Of a stretch of DNA of 64,000 bases, positions 50,888-63,970 are shown one piece after another. The translations under genes and the position numbers were made by a program. The notes beneath the pieces were generated by a model. That model was not told the origin of the DNA. It searched no databases and was given only the letters and a program-made list of their open reading frames with translations. The stretch's first letter is position 1. Every line of letters starts with the position of its first letter. Origin of the DNA: Octopus vulgaris. Lineage: Eukaryota. The stretch covers positions 118,296,001 through 118,360,000 of the forward strand of contig OX597815.1 of assembly GCA_951406725.2 (NCBI GenBank). The letters run 5' to 3'.

Positions 50888-51201
50888 CATACATACATAC
50901 ATACATACATACATACATACATACATACATACATACATACGCGCACGCACCCACACACATACACATGCACACATACATATGTACTTATTTCGTTTTAGTC
51001 CATTTTTCCATTATTACACTTTCTGATACAAGCCCTTATTTCCTTTTCCAAATAAAAGATATATTTTATTAATTTCAAGGATGTAAGAAACATAGATAAA
51101 CATACATACTCACATATGTATATGTATGCACATGCAAAGGTATATATATAAATATATATGCATATGTATGAGTGTGCAAATATATATTATATTTATGTAT
51201 A

Positions 51202-52200
51202 TCTTTATATATATAAAACTAAGAATGTGTGTGTGTCTGTCTGTCTGTCTGTGTGTTTCCCTAAAACTTGAGAACTACACAACCAATTTCATTCAAATTT
51301 TACACATGCCTTACTTAGGGTCCGGGGAGTGTCATCGGCAAAAAAAACTTTGAACTTTTTGCCTAGGACGAGCCCACAGCAATATCATATCTTCTCCACT
51401 ACGATTCCCTAAAACTTGAGAACTACACAACCAATTCCATTCAAATTTTACACATGCCTTACTTAGGCTCCATGTAGTTTCATGGGCAAAAAAAATGTTC
51501 AACTTCTTGCCTAGAGCGAGCTCATAGCAATATCATATCTTCTCCACTATTTCAGTATTACGTGTTAAAAGTGAAACAAAAACGTTTCTTTATGTCAGAT
51601 ACTTTCACTTTAACAATAAAAATAATGATAATTGAATTATATGTAGTAAGTAATAATTAAAATCAAACTAAAGTATAATATAATCGTTACATAAAAAAGG
51701 TAAAAATAGCAATTGGTATAAAATTGCATCAGTGATTTGAACTTGAATAAGTGGTTTCACATGAATGGGAATAAATTAAAAATAAAATTAGCGTGCAGAA
51801 ATGGAATAGTCCAGATGGATAATAAAAAATTAAATTAAAGAAAAGACTATTGTCTATAAAGTATACAATGTAGAGAAAAAAAATTTGAACACATGGAGGA
51901 AAGCACCTTCGAAAAGTGTCTTGGTGCGACTATGAAAGGTATCAAATCAGAGGCGGTAAATTCGCCACAATAGAAGCAAGGTTCGAGTCAACGGAGCGTG
52001 CAAGGGAGTACTCGACTCGAACTTGCAAAGTGGAATATTTCATTTTTACCTTTATAACTGGGACGTAGGACGTCCCGGAAAAAAATTTTAATGCCCCCCC
52101 CCCGAAGTAGAGGTAGGCTGGATTGTAGCCACACTTCTATAGAAGAGGGAGGACAAGATACAATTGATCGAAATTACAAGACGGGCTAACAATTCCAGTC
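51202..52200 (+). mobile_element. Helitron-like element with ~147-bp internal tandem duplication
   Basis: A|TCTTTATATATATAAAA followed by (GTCT)n; 51257-51403 is repeated at 51405-51552. The 3' end is degenerate and uncertain. Confidence 0.6.
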
Positions 52201-52274
52201 TGTTATATATTTTGAGTATTGTTATCACTAGCGATATCAAGATATAACTTTGTATTCTGTATTTTATGTGTAGA

Positions 52275-53090
52275 CTAGCAGCATAGCCCGGCGTTGCCCG
52301 GGTATGTAAGAGCCCCTAGTAGGCAACGACTAATCCCAATCTAGTCCTTTCCCTCTAGGGAACGAAGGCGCATGTGTAGGCTGCAATGTCTTCTCTTCAC
52401 TCCCAAATAACTATCAAACAGCTATCGATAATTCAACCCAACCAATTCCTACCAGGAAGAAATTACATTCGAGACTTTACCCCCAACACCGCCACTTCTG
52501 CTAATAGCTGCTGAAGCCGCAAGTTATTCGAATACTTTTTTTGTTTACACTTTCTTTATAACTACCACCCCAAACGTTTTACCTTAAATTTTTGACGTAC
52601 CCTAAGGGTCCTCGGACGCTACTTGCAAAGTCTTGGTTTATTATAAACCGCTTTTGTCGTGTGCATCAAAAAACCTTTTCCATTCGTTTGTTCAGTTTGG
52701 TCACTTTTGACTTTTTCGTTGTTGTCACTCACATTGCTGCCCGCTTTTTTGCCGTTTTTGTACATTTTTATACATTTTGGGATACTTACCACACGTGTTC
52801 CGAGAGTTAAAAAGGTCGAGTTGTGTCCCCTAGACAGTCTGTAGAAAATGTGTTGCATATAAAAAGCATAGATTCTCGACCCATGTTGAATTTATCGATT
52901 TTTTTCAGAACTGGGGGAACTTTTCAAAATTTTCGCTGCGTTAGTTTTCAATTATGACATTGGGCTATGTGTGTGTCAAATTTCATCAGAATCGGTTGAA
53001 AGCCGTGGTCAGGGTGAGGGTACAACCTGACAGACACACAGACACACAGACACACAGACAGACAAACTGCCGTTTATATATAAAGAGAGA
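52275..53090 (-). mobile_element. Non-autonomous Helitron, both termini intact
   Basis: The minus strand begins A|TCTCTCTTTATATATAAACGGCAG and ends CCCGGGCAACGCCGGG-CTATGCTG-CTAG|T. Confidence 0.85.
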
Positions 53091-53188
53091 TGTATATATA
53101 TATAGATGTACATGTAATATGTACACATATATATAGACATATATACATGCACTAGCACTATGACCCGGCAACGACAGGTCTTTAATGC

Positions 53189-53251
<63 letters not shown>

Positions 53252-53509
53252 TGAGAAAAAGGAGGCAGTTAGAATTTTGGATAATCCTTTATTAGCGCTT
53301 TCGTTCGTTTTTCGAACTCACGACAAAATCAAAATCAAAATGGTTAAAACAGGACGTTACGTTGTTCATTTATAAAATCGGTGGATTTTTTTTGCATTGA
53401 TTAGGAGAGGAGAATATTGTTTTTGTTTTCGTTTTTTGGAAAAAAGGAGAAGAGAGAGAAAGCAAAGAGGGGGGGGACTAGTTAAAGAGAGAGAGAGAGA
53501 GAGAGAGAG

Positions 53510-54812
53510 ATTTCAGGACATGAACGCTTCAAAACTGACTCCATCACCAAGGCCACACACCTGGTACTAAAGGAAAACACCTTTAGATTCGATAATAAAA
53601 CATATCGGTAGATAAAGGGCCCGGCTATGAGGAGGCGGTTTGCACCCTCATATGCTAACCTAGTCATGATGTACTTGGAAGAAAAGGTTTATGAAGAAGT
53701 AGAGAGAGCTTTTAATTAGGATTACAATAAATACATCATTGAAAAGTGGAAACGCTTCCTCGATGGCTGCTTCATTTTTTGGGGACAAATCAAATGAGAA
53801 CCTACAAATATGTAATAATATACTCAACACACTTCACCCATCCATCAAATTCACGACAGAATCCAGTTGCAATGGACTGCCATTCCTGGATATTCACATA
53901 AAAATTCACAACTACACAGTCATATTTTATAAGACATATTTTACAAAAAAAAAAAAACCGGACACGCAACCAATATTTGAGCTTCTACTCTTGCCATCCT
54001 TCCACATCAAAAGGAACATCCCATACAGCATGGCAAGACGTATCTGTATTGTAGTGATTGACCCCAAAATACGTCAAATCCAACTCAACGAGTTCAAAAT
54101 CTTCCTAACAAAGCAGAAACACCCCTTGTGATTAATAAACGATGGAATTAAAAAAGCAATGAAGCTGAACATCGCATAGCTAAGGATACCAAAGGAAAAA
54201 ATTAATGAAAACACAATTCCATTTATCAATATGCACAATCCTGAGGAAGCCAACATTTTTCACATCATAAACTCAAACTTATCTATACTTCTACAAATCC
54301 TCAAAATTAAAGATCTGATTGACAACAACCACTTACGAAACGGTGGACGCCAAACGTAAAGCTCAAAAACTACCTCACAAGAGCAAAATTCATATCAGAG
54401 AATGAATCAGAATTCTCCGTAAAAGAATGTAGTGATAACAGCTGTGGAAAATGCAACAACAACGACTTTAAATACTTAGAATGGGTTCCCACATAAAATC
54501 CAAGAGCAGATTCTCATTCAGAGTAAATGCAGATATGAACTGCAAGATGCAGAATCTTATATACTGTACTACTTTCCCCAACTACAAGGAAAATTACATT
54601 GGCAGAACAAACAATTCCCTCTGCCAACATGCAAGAATCCACGGACAACGCTTCCGACAAGAGGAATTGTGCAAGATTCCACTGGTGAAGGAAAATTCAA
54701 AATCTTTCCCTTTTACAAATCTTCAAGCTATGACCTAAAATTATGGACAGCAATGGAGCAACATCATCAAAAAATTCTCTGCAAAATTAAATGTTTGGAA
54801 GAGAAGCAGGGG
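53510..54812 (+). mobile_element. Degenerate Penelope-like element: RT C-half, thumb, GIY-YIG endonuclease
   Basis: APSYANLVM, WKRFLDGCF, LNTLHPSIKFT..LPFLDI, HIKRNIPYSMARRI, C..CGKC, NLIYC...YIGRT, with several frameshifts. Confidence 0.88.
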
Positions 54813-54817
54813 ATCTA

Positions 54818-54903
<86 letters not shown>

Positions 54904-54918
54904 TTATTATCATCATCA

Positions 54919-54998
<80 letters not shown>

Positions 54999-55110
54999 TT
55001 AATGGTAATGATGATGGATGCAGAACAAACATTTATATTACATTATTACTGTTGTTTCTGAATGTGACTTCAATGTTAATAACATGACATTGATCTCTTT
55101 AACTGATCAG

Positions 55111-55141
<31 letters not shown>

Positions 55142-55943
55142 CGTTGAGATTTTGGCAGCTGTTTTTCTTACAGAACTTACATATACCCGAGAAAGAATAT
55201 TAGAACCATTTTACCACTGATTAGGAAAGGTATCTAATGTAGCTACTTGGCAAAGTAATTCGTGAAAAAGATCTCTTTTGAATTCTCTTATCCAAGCAAG
55301 CAAGAAAAAATCCTACAAAAGAATGAAAGATACTCAAAAATATATTTAAGTAGGCCCTGCTTTAGTATATAATTTATATCCTACAGAGTGGCTTCCAGCT
55401 AAATATACAATATATATGCGAAACTCATTTATGATGTTTGATTAAATATACATGGAGAATAAACTGAGTTATTCTTTGACATTCTGACTTTATTTTCCTA
55501 ATTTATGAATATTGTACTAATACTTAATGTTTGTTCATGCAAAACATGGAATTACACAGAAAATGGGAGTTGGCTATACAAGTGTAAAAGGATAAACATT
55601 TTCATAGGACTTTGAACTTTGAACTCTTTTAAACTTTTTTAGTGATGACCGCACCCTCCCCACTTTTCTTCTTTTTTCCATCCTACTTGACATCTTTGAA
55701 AGGTCACCAGCCCTTGGGAGAAAATATGTTTATTTACAGATATGTTAAGTATAAAATGGAAAGAAAGAAAAACAGGAGAAAGAAAAAAAGAAAATGCCTT
55801 GTAATTAAATTTCAATGAATTGACCGCATCAAATTGAAAAGAAACCTCCCTGTCTCTCTGTTTGTCTGTCTGTCTGTCTCTCTTTCCCTCCCTCTCTCTC
55901 TTATTTTCTTTCTCCTTCTCTATCTATCTATCTCCATGCATGC

Positions 55944-55990
<47 letters not shown>

Positions 55991-56108
55991 CAGTAAAACA
56001 ATTAAGATTCAAGTGAGTTCCAATGAATTCACATGAATGTGGTACTTAACTTAGATGCACCAGAAATCTTTATGGTATTAACCATAAAATAATGTGGGGT
56101 GATTATAA

Positions 56109-56162
56109 ACAAGAAAAAAGCAACAAGAATGGATTAATCCATTCTTGTTGCTTTTTTCTTGT
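56109..56162. repeat. Perfect 54-bp palindrome with no spacer
   Basis: ACAAGAAAAAAGCAACAAGAATGGATT|AATCCATTCTTGTTGCTTTTTTCTTGT. Confidence 0.97.
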
Positions 56163-56185
56163 ATATATATATATATATATGTATA

Positions 56186-56591
56186 CTCTTTTACTCTTTT
56201 ACTTGTTTCAGTCATTTGACTGCGGCCATGCTGGAGCACCGCCTTTAAACTAGCAACTCGACCCCGGGACTTATTCTTTTGTAAGCCCAGTACTTATTCT
56301 ATCGGTCTCTTTTGCCGAACCGCTAAGTAACGGGGACATAAACACACCAGCATCGGTTGTCAAGCAATGCTAGGGAGACAAACACAGACACACAAACACA
56401 CACATGCATATATATATATATACATATATACAACGGACTTCTTTCAGTTTCCGTCTACCAAATCCACTCACAAGGCTTTGGTCGGCCCGAGGCTATAGTA
56501 GAAGACACTTGCCCAAGGTGCCACGCAGTGGAACTGAACCCAGAACCATGTGGTTGGTAAACAAGCTACTTACCACACAGTCACTCCTGCG
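56186..56591 (-). mobile_element. Full-length SINE (family of 18238)
   Basis: End-to-end reverse-complement similarity to 18238-18650. Confidence 0.9.
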
Positions 56592-56624
<33 letters not shown>

Positions 56625-56932
56625 TGTATGTATGTATGTATGTATGTATGTATGTATGCATGGAGAGGGGGTAGAAAGGCAGATAAATTTCCAAAGTACA
56701 CATTACGGAATAAAGAAAACAAAAGGAGCTATGCAATGATCTTATAACAAAACTGCCTTCGTAATCTGTATTCTGTATTCCATCTAAATGAACGCTTGCC
56801 TTTCTACCTCCATAATAGCTCAACAAGGATCGTTCTTATAGCTAACTTTCGATGCCGGGGGTACAATACCTGGATGAAGAGGATGTAGTTCTCATCTGTC
56901 TGAGAACTACTTTGCTTTTTCTACACATATTA

Positions 56933-57139
56933 TACAGGGGGCGCTGAAAATTATCACGAAAGGCCAGGCTGGATGTCCAACTTTTAGAGTTCTTTTATAG
57001 GACCACTCCAATAAATGTGTGAAGGACCACTCCAATAAATGTGTGAACCTGGGAGGGGAAAATGTTGAATAAAATCATAATTAACTGATCCACCTGTATT
57101 TTCTTTAACCCAAAGCCAGGAAATTTTCAGCACCTACTC

Positions 57140-57142
<3 letters not shown>
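56933..57142 (+). mobile_element. Mariner-derived MITE
   Basis: Imperfect TIRs TACAGGGGGCGCTGAAAATT / AATTTTCAGCACCTACTCGTA. Internal KCVNLGGENVE* matches the mariner transposase C-terminus. Confidence 0.7.
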
Positions 57143-57195
<53 letters not shown>

Positions 57196-58144
57196 GCGTG
57201 TGTGTGTGTGTATGTGTATGCATGTGTGTGTAAACAAAAGAATAAATTACACAGTAACACTATAATCGTTTCATTCAGAGATGATATTGCCATATAACAG
57301 CGTACAGGCAGGTATGTACGATGTGCAACATTTGCCATATTCTTCAGCACGGTACAACCTGAAGATTTGAGAGGTTCTCTGTTATGATACCGCGCAATTT
57401 GCTTTTATAATTATTTTACGCCACGCTGAAGTTCTTTTCAAATTTGGATACTTTTGGAGTTGCGTGTTCCATATACCAATGGACTTGCTGGATTGTTTAT
57501 CTGCTAATTTGTATTTCCGTGTAGTCATCAATGTGACATACTTCACTTCGATATGTGAGTGTGTGTGTGTGTGTGTGTGTGTTGTGTGTGTGTGTGTGTG
57601 TATGTGTGTGTATGTGTGTGTATGTGTGTGTGTGTGTGTGTGTGCGCGAACAAACACTGATACGCTGAGTGAGTTTTTTTTTTAGAAATGATATTTTTAG
57701 AAATGAAAGAAATCTTGAATGTAGAACAGGTGTAAAGATATTTTTAGAAAATCGGGTAAAATCCTCTAGAAGTGGAATAAATGTCCAGCAGCCGCTGAAG
57801 GGACTCGAAACTTTGTATCGCAGTACGAGTCACCTGTAGCGGCCGCTGGCCAATTTTTCTTTCTGCAGGGATATTTTACCTGATTTTCGAAAACACTTTT
57901 CACAGCTACTCTCCTGCGTTTGAGATTTCCTTCATTTATTTCCACCATTTACACACACACACACACATGTGTTTTTATTTTTGCCGGTTCCCTTCAAACG
58001 TCAACAGCTTTAAAAGCAACTGACAAACGGTCTCGTTATCAGCTTGAAAAATTACTAAATAAATTAATGTTTCGGCAAAAAAGCATTGGGTAACTGTTTT
58101 TCACAAGACTTGTAGTTTTTTTATACATACATACATACCCTTTT

Positions 58145-58445
58145 CACTTTTTCACGTGACCGACCAGACCATCAAATGTTGCTACACATCGCTGGTCACA
58201 ATGCGCTTCGCATTGTTTTAGCCTTCGAATGACGCCACTCCGCTGGCTAAGTGAGCAGGTCAACAGAAGAAAGAGTGAAAGAAAGTTGTAGTGAAAGAGC
58301 ACAGCAGGGATCACCACCCCCTGCTGGAGCCTCATGCAGCTTTTAGGTGTTTTCGCTCAATAAACACTCACAACGCCCGGTCTGGGAATCGAAACCGCGA
58401 TCCTACGACTGCGAGTCCGCTGCCCTAACCACTGGGCCATTGCCA
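58145..58445 (-). mobile_element. tRNA-derived SINE
   Basis: Minus-strand head TGGCCCAGTGGTTAGGGCAGCGGACTCGC...TTCGATTCCCAGACCGGGCG. Confidence 0.8.
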
Positions 58446-58469
58446 CACATACATACATATACATATATA

Positions 58470-58841
58470 TCTCTTTTACTCTTTTGCTCTTTTACTTGTT
58501 TCAGTCATTTGACTGCGGCCATGCTGGAGCACCACCTTTAGTCGAGCAAATCGACCCCAGGACTTATTCCTTGTAAGCCCAGTACTTATTCTATCGGTCC
58601 CTTTTGCCGAACCGCTAAGTGACGTAAACACACCAGCATCGGTTGTCAAGCAATGCTAGGGGAAAAACACAGACACACAAACATATATGCGACAGGTTTC
58701 TTTCAGTTTCCGTCTACCAAATCCACTCACAAGGCATTGATCGGCCCGGGGCTATAGCAGAAGACACTTGCCCAAGATGCCACGCAGTGGGACTGAACCC
58801 GGAACCATGTGGTTGGTTAGCAAGCTACTTACCACACAGCC
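58470..58841 (-). mobile_element. Near full-length SINE (family of 18238)
   Basis: Reverse-complement match to 18238-18650. Confidence 0.9.
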
Positions 58842-59076
58842 AAAGTTATGATTAAATTTTAGATTTAAATTTAAATTTTAAACTGCGTTTTGGTTATGTC
58901 CCTAGTAGTATATGGGCAAAGCACTTCACTGCTTATGGCTACCTGGATATATAGCGAAAAACCAAGTTATATCACTTGAAGAGATGCTTCTGCACTGCGA
59001 TCTATTCATTGTGTCGAAACGATCGTTATGATAATTTAAAGTTTTCAGTATATTCTATATTCCGTATCCATTGTTT

Positions 59077-59107
<31 letters not shown>

Positions 59108-59142
59108 ACATACACGCGCGCGCGCGTGTGTGTGTGTAAATA

Positions 59143-59766
59143 ATGTAAATAATGAAATATTTCCTAATAAGAATCAAAATACACATATAAACATGCACTC
59201 GCATTCCCAAGACCAATCAGAATGCGTTAATAATTGTCGAGCTGGCAGAATCGTTAGCACGAGGGGCGAAATGCTTAGCGGTTAGGTTCTGAGTTCAAAT
59301 TCCGCTGAGGTCGACTTTGCTTTTCATCCTTTCGGGTTCGATAAATTAAGTACCAGTTACGCACTGGGGTCGATATAATCGACTTAATCTGTCTATCTGT
59401 CCTTGTTTGTCTCCTCTGTATTTAGCCCCTTGTGGGTAGTAAAGAAATAGGTATTTTGTCTGTCTTTAGGTTCTGGGTTCAAATTCCGCCGAGGTCGACT
59501 TTGCCTTTTATCCTTTCGGGGTCGATAAATTATGTACCAGTTGCGTACTGAGGTCGATCTAATAGACTGGCCCCCTCCCGCAAAATTTCAGGTCTTGTGC
59601 CTAGAGTAGGAAAGAATAATTGTCGTAAAAGACACAAAAGGCAGAATTACATCATACTAAGCAAGTGTTTTTACACACATACAAGCATGCACGCACACAC
59701 ACACACGCACGCACACACACACGTGATTGCGTGTGTATGTGTGTGTATGCGTATGCGTGTGTCTGT

Positions 59767-59825
<59 letters not shown>

Positions 59826-59972
59826 CACTTGTTTAGTACCATGTATTTCTGCGTTTCGTGTCTTTTTTTTTACGCCAATTATTAACGCACAGTGATTGGT
59901 CCTGGGTATGCGAGTGCGTGTTATTATATGTATATTTTGATTCTTATCAGGAAATATTTCATTATTTACATG
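59143..59972. mobile_element. Fold-back element (~150-bp arms around mirrored CA/TG tracts) whose left arm is split by a SINE dimer
   Basis: 59143-59239 plus 59626-59670 mirrors 59824-59972. Confidence 0.8.
59240..59614 (+). mobile_element. Nested/dimeric Meta-like SINE with 11-bp target-site duplication
   Basis: TSD AATAATTGTCG at 59229-59239 and 59615-59625; internal junction AAAGAAATA|GGTATTTTGTCTG. Confidence 0.85.
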
Positions 59973-62074
59973 TACATGCCACGTCTGTTTTGCAAACATT
60001 TCTATGCGTGTCTGACTATAATGTGACCTACTTTTTTGCTTACTATGAATTTATTAACTTTGTAAATTATTATTTAGTGTCATACTTTTCTTTTATTTAT
60101 AACTTTATCATCTGCTTATAATGGTGTAAGTGGTTCGAGATAATACGAGTGATACCCATAAGTTCGCAAGCCCTTGAGGCTGATGTGAGTGCTACTGTTA
60201 TCGTCACTAGGCGAGTGTATGCGGTGAATGTGAAGGAATGTGCAAAATCTAGAAGACGAGGCAGAGTGAGGTTGCTGGAAAGGGAAGGGACGGGTAGATC
60301 GCAATGGTATTGTGTGGAGACGCTATAATATAGATAATTCTGTGAACTAGAAGCTATTGTGGAAGAGGCAAAGGGAAGAAAGAAAGTGTTTGATAAATAC
60401 TGTGGTGTAGCTTTGATATACCAACCGGAGGGAGTATCCCTTGAGTTTGCCGGCCCCTGCCACCTTGCCTCCAATACAGGCTTATACAGCAGATCCAAAT
60501 GTACCAACCCATAAAAGCGTCGTCCGGGACGGACCACCTCTCTGCCCCTCCTTATCCTCTAGCTAGGCTACTGGATAAGTTGCTATTGTTAAACGTTGAT
60601 GATTAAATCAGTACCAAACAAGTGTGTTATTCATGATTAGAGAGCATGGAATATAATTGTTTCGTTTTTGTGTCTTTCAGCTGTTAAAAAGGGAGTAGTT
60701 TATCATATTCTCAATTAAGACTACTTTTAAATTGATTGCTCTTGAAAACAGTGTCATACAGTGGTATGTGTATAGTTGAAGCTGAAGGAATGATAGTAAC
60801 ATCATATGTATAGAGCGAAGCGATGTGGCGAACGAGGAAACGGACCGTCCTGGGCGATGCTTTAATGGGAGCGACACGTAGGGGTCTGTTACATAAGGCT
60901 GTATTGAATTGGGTTGTCAGATGGGGGAACGAACTCAAGTGCTGCTCCAGACGCCAGATACTCTAGCTATTCCACTGAATATGTGGAAAACTTTAATTAT
61001 TTCGGCGTCGTAATCGTCCTGGTAAGTGACTTGAGCAAGGACTGTGTATTAAAAGTGAATAGCATTGTAGTGGAAGATTCATTTTCAAAGCCTTGAAATA
61101 CACAAACACTGTTGCAGTGTCAAAATATTCTTCATGCTACTGAGATAATTCCACAGCACACTTGGACTGTCTCAATGATCAGGCTTCAGTGGCGTGAAGA
61201 ATATTTTGGCACTTCAAAAACGAAATGAAAGGTAAATTTAATATTTTTGTATGTTTTTAGATAACCGAAATGGCTCTCTTACAGTGTAATTTATTCTAAT
61301 ATTAATTATTCCACTACCGTTTATAACACAGTTATTGATTTTTAGAAAGGAATAAAGAAATGGTAAAATTTTTTAAAGTCTTGGTGTGCGAAATTCAAAC
61401 AGCATTAAGTCAAAGTCGCCATCCGTGTATCATACTAAACGTATACGCTCCATTAGAAGACATGAAGCTATGGAATTGTCTGAGATAAATTTTCTTCATA
61501 GGCTTGTGTTAAAAACAATATATATCAGGGCAAGACGAGCATCGTGTACTCAGTCACTCACGAAAACGATAGGCGTGTTTATATATTTATATAGTTACAC
61601 AAATATTACTCCGATTTGAAAACTGTATTCAGACAGTGTAGTTCTTGTGGCTATAAATATAGCCAGGTGCTAGTTGGTCAAAAAAGAAAAAAAAAAAAAA
61701 TGCCTAGCGCACCATAGTGACTATCAATGTTTTGAAGAAAGCACTCAATGGAAATATAGATTTACATTCACTGTCATTTTTAAAAGTCGTAATAATCAAA
61801 AGTATTTATTTAAGCAGTTGCGACAAATGGCGTCTCATTTAAGACGGTAAGATCTCATTTGAGAGGAATGTCTAGCAGGGAAGATAACCGTCGAGAAACA
61901 GTCCACGTTTACTCTTGAATTAAAAAAAAATTATAAAGTGACCAGCACTTAAAAATAACACAAGATAATTATATTACTTTAATTCCGCACTAGGGTTTCT
62001 TCAGACTCCTAACATAACTTCCTACATACGCAAGGTATAAACAGTCAGACAGACAGCTAGCTAGCTAGATAGAT

Positions 62075-62320
62075 AGATAGATGGTACTCCGTCGGTTACG
62101 ACGACGAGGGTTCCAGTTGATCCGTGAAATTAACGCGCAAGTGGCCGAACACTCCACAGATTCAGCGTGGCACAAGATATGATAAGGCTGGCCCTTTGAA
62201 ATACAGGTACTAATCATTTTTGCCAAGTGAGTGAACTGGAGCAACGTGAAATAAAGTGTCTTGCTCAAGGACACAACACGTCACCAGGACTTGAACTCAC
62301 GACCTTAAGACCGTAAGCCA
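62075..62320 (-). mobile_element. V-like core SINE
   Basis: Minus strand reads GAGTTCAAGTCCTGG..CGTGTTGTGTCCTTGAGCAAGACACTTTATTTCACGTTGCTCC. Confidence 0.7.
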
Positions 62321-62332
62321 CGTCCCTTCAAG

Positions 62333-62396
<64 letters not shown>

Positions 62397-62401
62397 CATA
62401 T

Positions 62402-62469
<68 letters not shown>

Positions 62470-62614
62470 CCTTCCTACAGGGAAGATGAAATTTTTTGTT
62501 TGCCGCCCGCAAACAGCTTTGCCAGTATATACACAGTGAAGCTTTACTATAGCGTCGTATATTAGCAACTACTATTTCCAGTAAATATTGGTGCATTGTT
62601 GTACCACTATTCAA

Positions 62615-63210
62615 TCATCATCATCATGAGCAGCAGCAGCAGTAGCATTTAGCGTCCGTTGCTCCATGCTAGCATAGGTGGGACCGTACCACAAGAGCCG
62701 GCCAGGTCGAAGCTTGCACCAGACTTCTGTGGCTGTTTTAGCAGCTGGATGCTCTTCCTAATACCAACCACTAGACTTAGTGCTTTTTATGCGGCACAAG
62801 CACAGACGAGGTCAGTTTTGGCAAGGTTTTTACAGCCGGATGCCCTTCCGAACACCAACCGCTTTTCAGTGTGGACAGGGTGCTTTTAAGTGGCACTTGT
62901 ACTGACAGGGTCACCAAGTACTTGCAAGACAGAAAATTTTAAGTTGGGAGGAGGCATTGGAAGAGGTGATGATGAAAAGGTTATAGTGAGACAGATATAG
63001 GTGTCTTGTTGAAGAGGAAATACAAGGTTACTCGGCTGGAGAAGAAAGATTAGGGATGAAGACAGAAACAGGTGTGCTACCGCAAAGAAAATACACGCTT
63101 GCCCAACCTGTGGGAAGTGCAGGAGAAGGGGAGAGGGAGAGGCGGGGAGACCGCAGGATGGAGATGGTGGCAAAGTGCCGGGCATGCTCACAAGGAACGG
63201 GGATCAGAGT
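62615..63210 (-). mobile_element. Non-coding retroposon with duplicated RTE-type tail and (GAT)n end
   Basis: Two copies of GGTTGGT(A/G)TT(A/C)GGAAG(A/G)GCATCC on the minus strand; (ATC)n at 62615. Confidence 0.55.
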
Positions 63211-63265
63211 ATATTTATATACACACACACACGCACATATGCACACACACACACACACACACACA

Positions 63266-63970
63266 TTAGGTTGTTTCACATGAAATGTCGACTGGAAAAA
63301 GGCCATTTTTGCATTAAATCATAACTTGTGATGAGAAATTGATACTCTTTGACAACAGCAGGAGAATAGAACAGTGATTAGATGCAGGAGAGCCACCTAA
63401 ACACTACCCAATTCCACCATTGCACCCTAAAAAGTTAGTGGTCACTGTATGGTAGTCTGCGAAAGGAGTTATTCATTATTCATTTTTGCAACAAGGAAAA
63501 ACGGTAACAGCAACATCGTATTGTTAAGATTGTATGCATGAGAATTTGAAAAAGAAGCAATCCCAGACTAGTGAATAGAGATGGCTCAATTTTGCTCCAC
63601 GATAATGCACATCTTCACACTCCACAAGCTACGGTCCAAAAGCCGCAAAGCCTGAATTATGAGATTTTGCAACAGCCTCCCTATTCCCCTGATATCTCTT
63701 TTACTGATCATTACTTATTTAAGCATTTTGAGCTTTTCATAAGCAATAAAACATTCTTAAATAGAGAAGAGGTAATTGAAGCATTCGGATAGTTTATCCC
63801 AGCAAAAGATGATTCTTTTGCTTTTAGAAGGAATATATGACAGAGGAACGTTGGATAAACAACATAACTGAACATGGAACATACTTTGATTAAATAAATC
63901 TGTTCTCTAACACTTCTGAAACATTTCATTATTACCTTTCAAATACGACATTTCATGTGAAACAACCTAA
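63266..63970 (+). mobile_element. Internally deleted mariner (DD34D) transposon with perfect 25-bp TIRs
   Basis: TIRs TTAGGTTGTTTCACATGAAATGTCG and CGACATTTCATGTGAAACAACCTAA. Peptides LHPKKLVVTVW, ILLHDNAHLH and PPYSPDISFTDHYLF. Confidence 0.93.

Noticed and set aside
60097-60537. 146-aa minus-strand ORF
   Set aside because: No recognisable domain. Its composition resembles the C/T-rich PLE-like repeats, so it is probably TE-derived, but it cannot be assigned.
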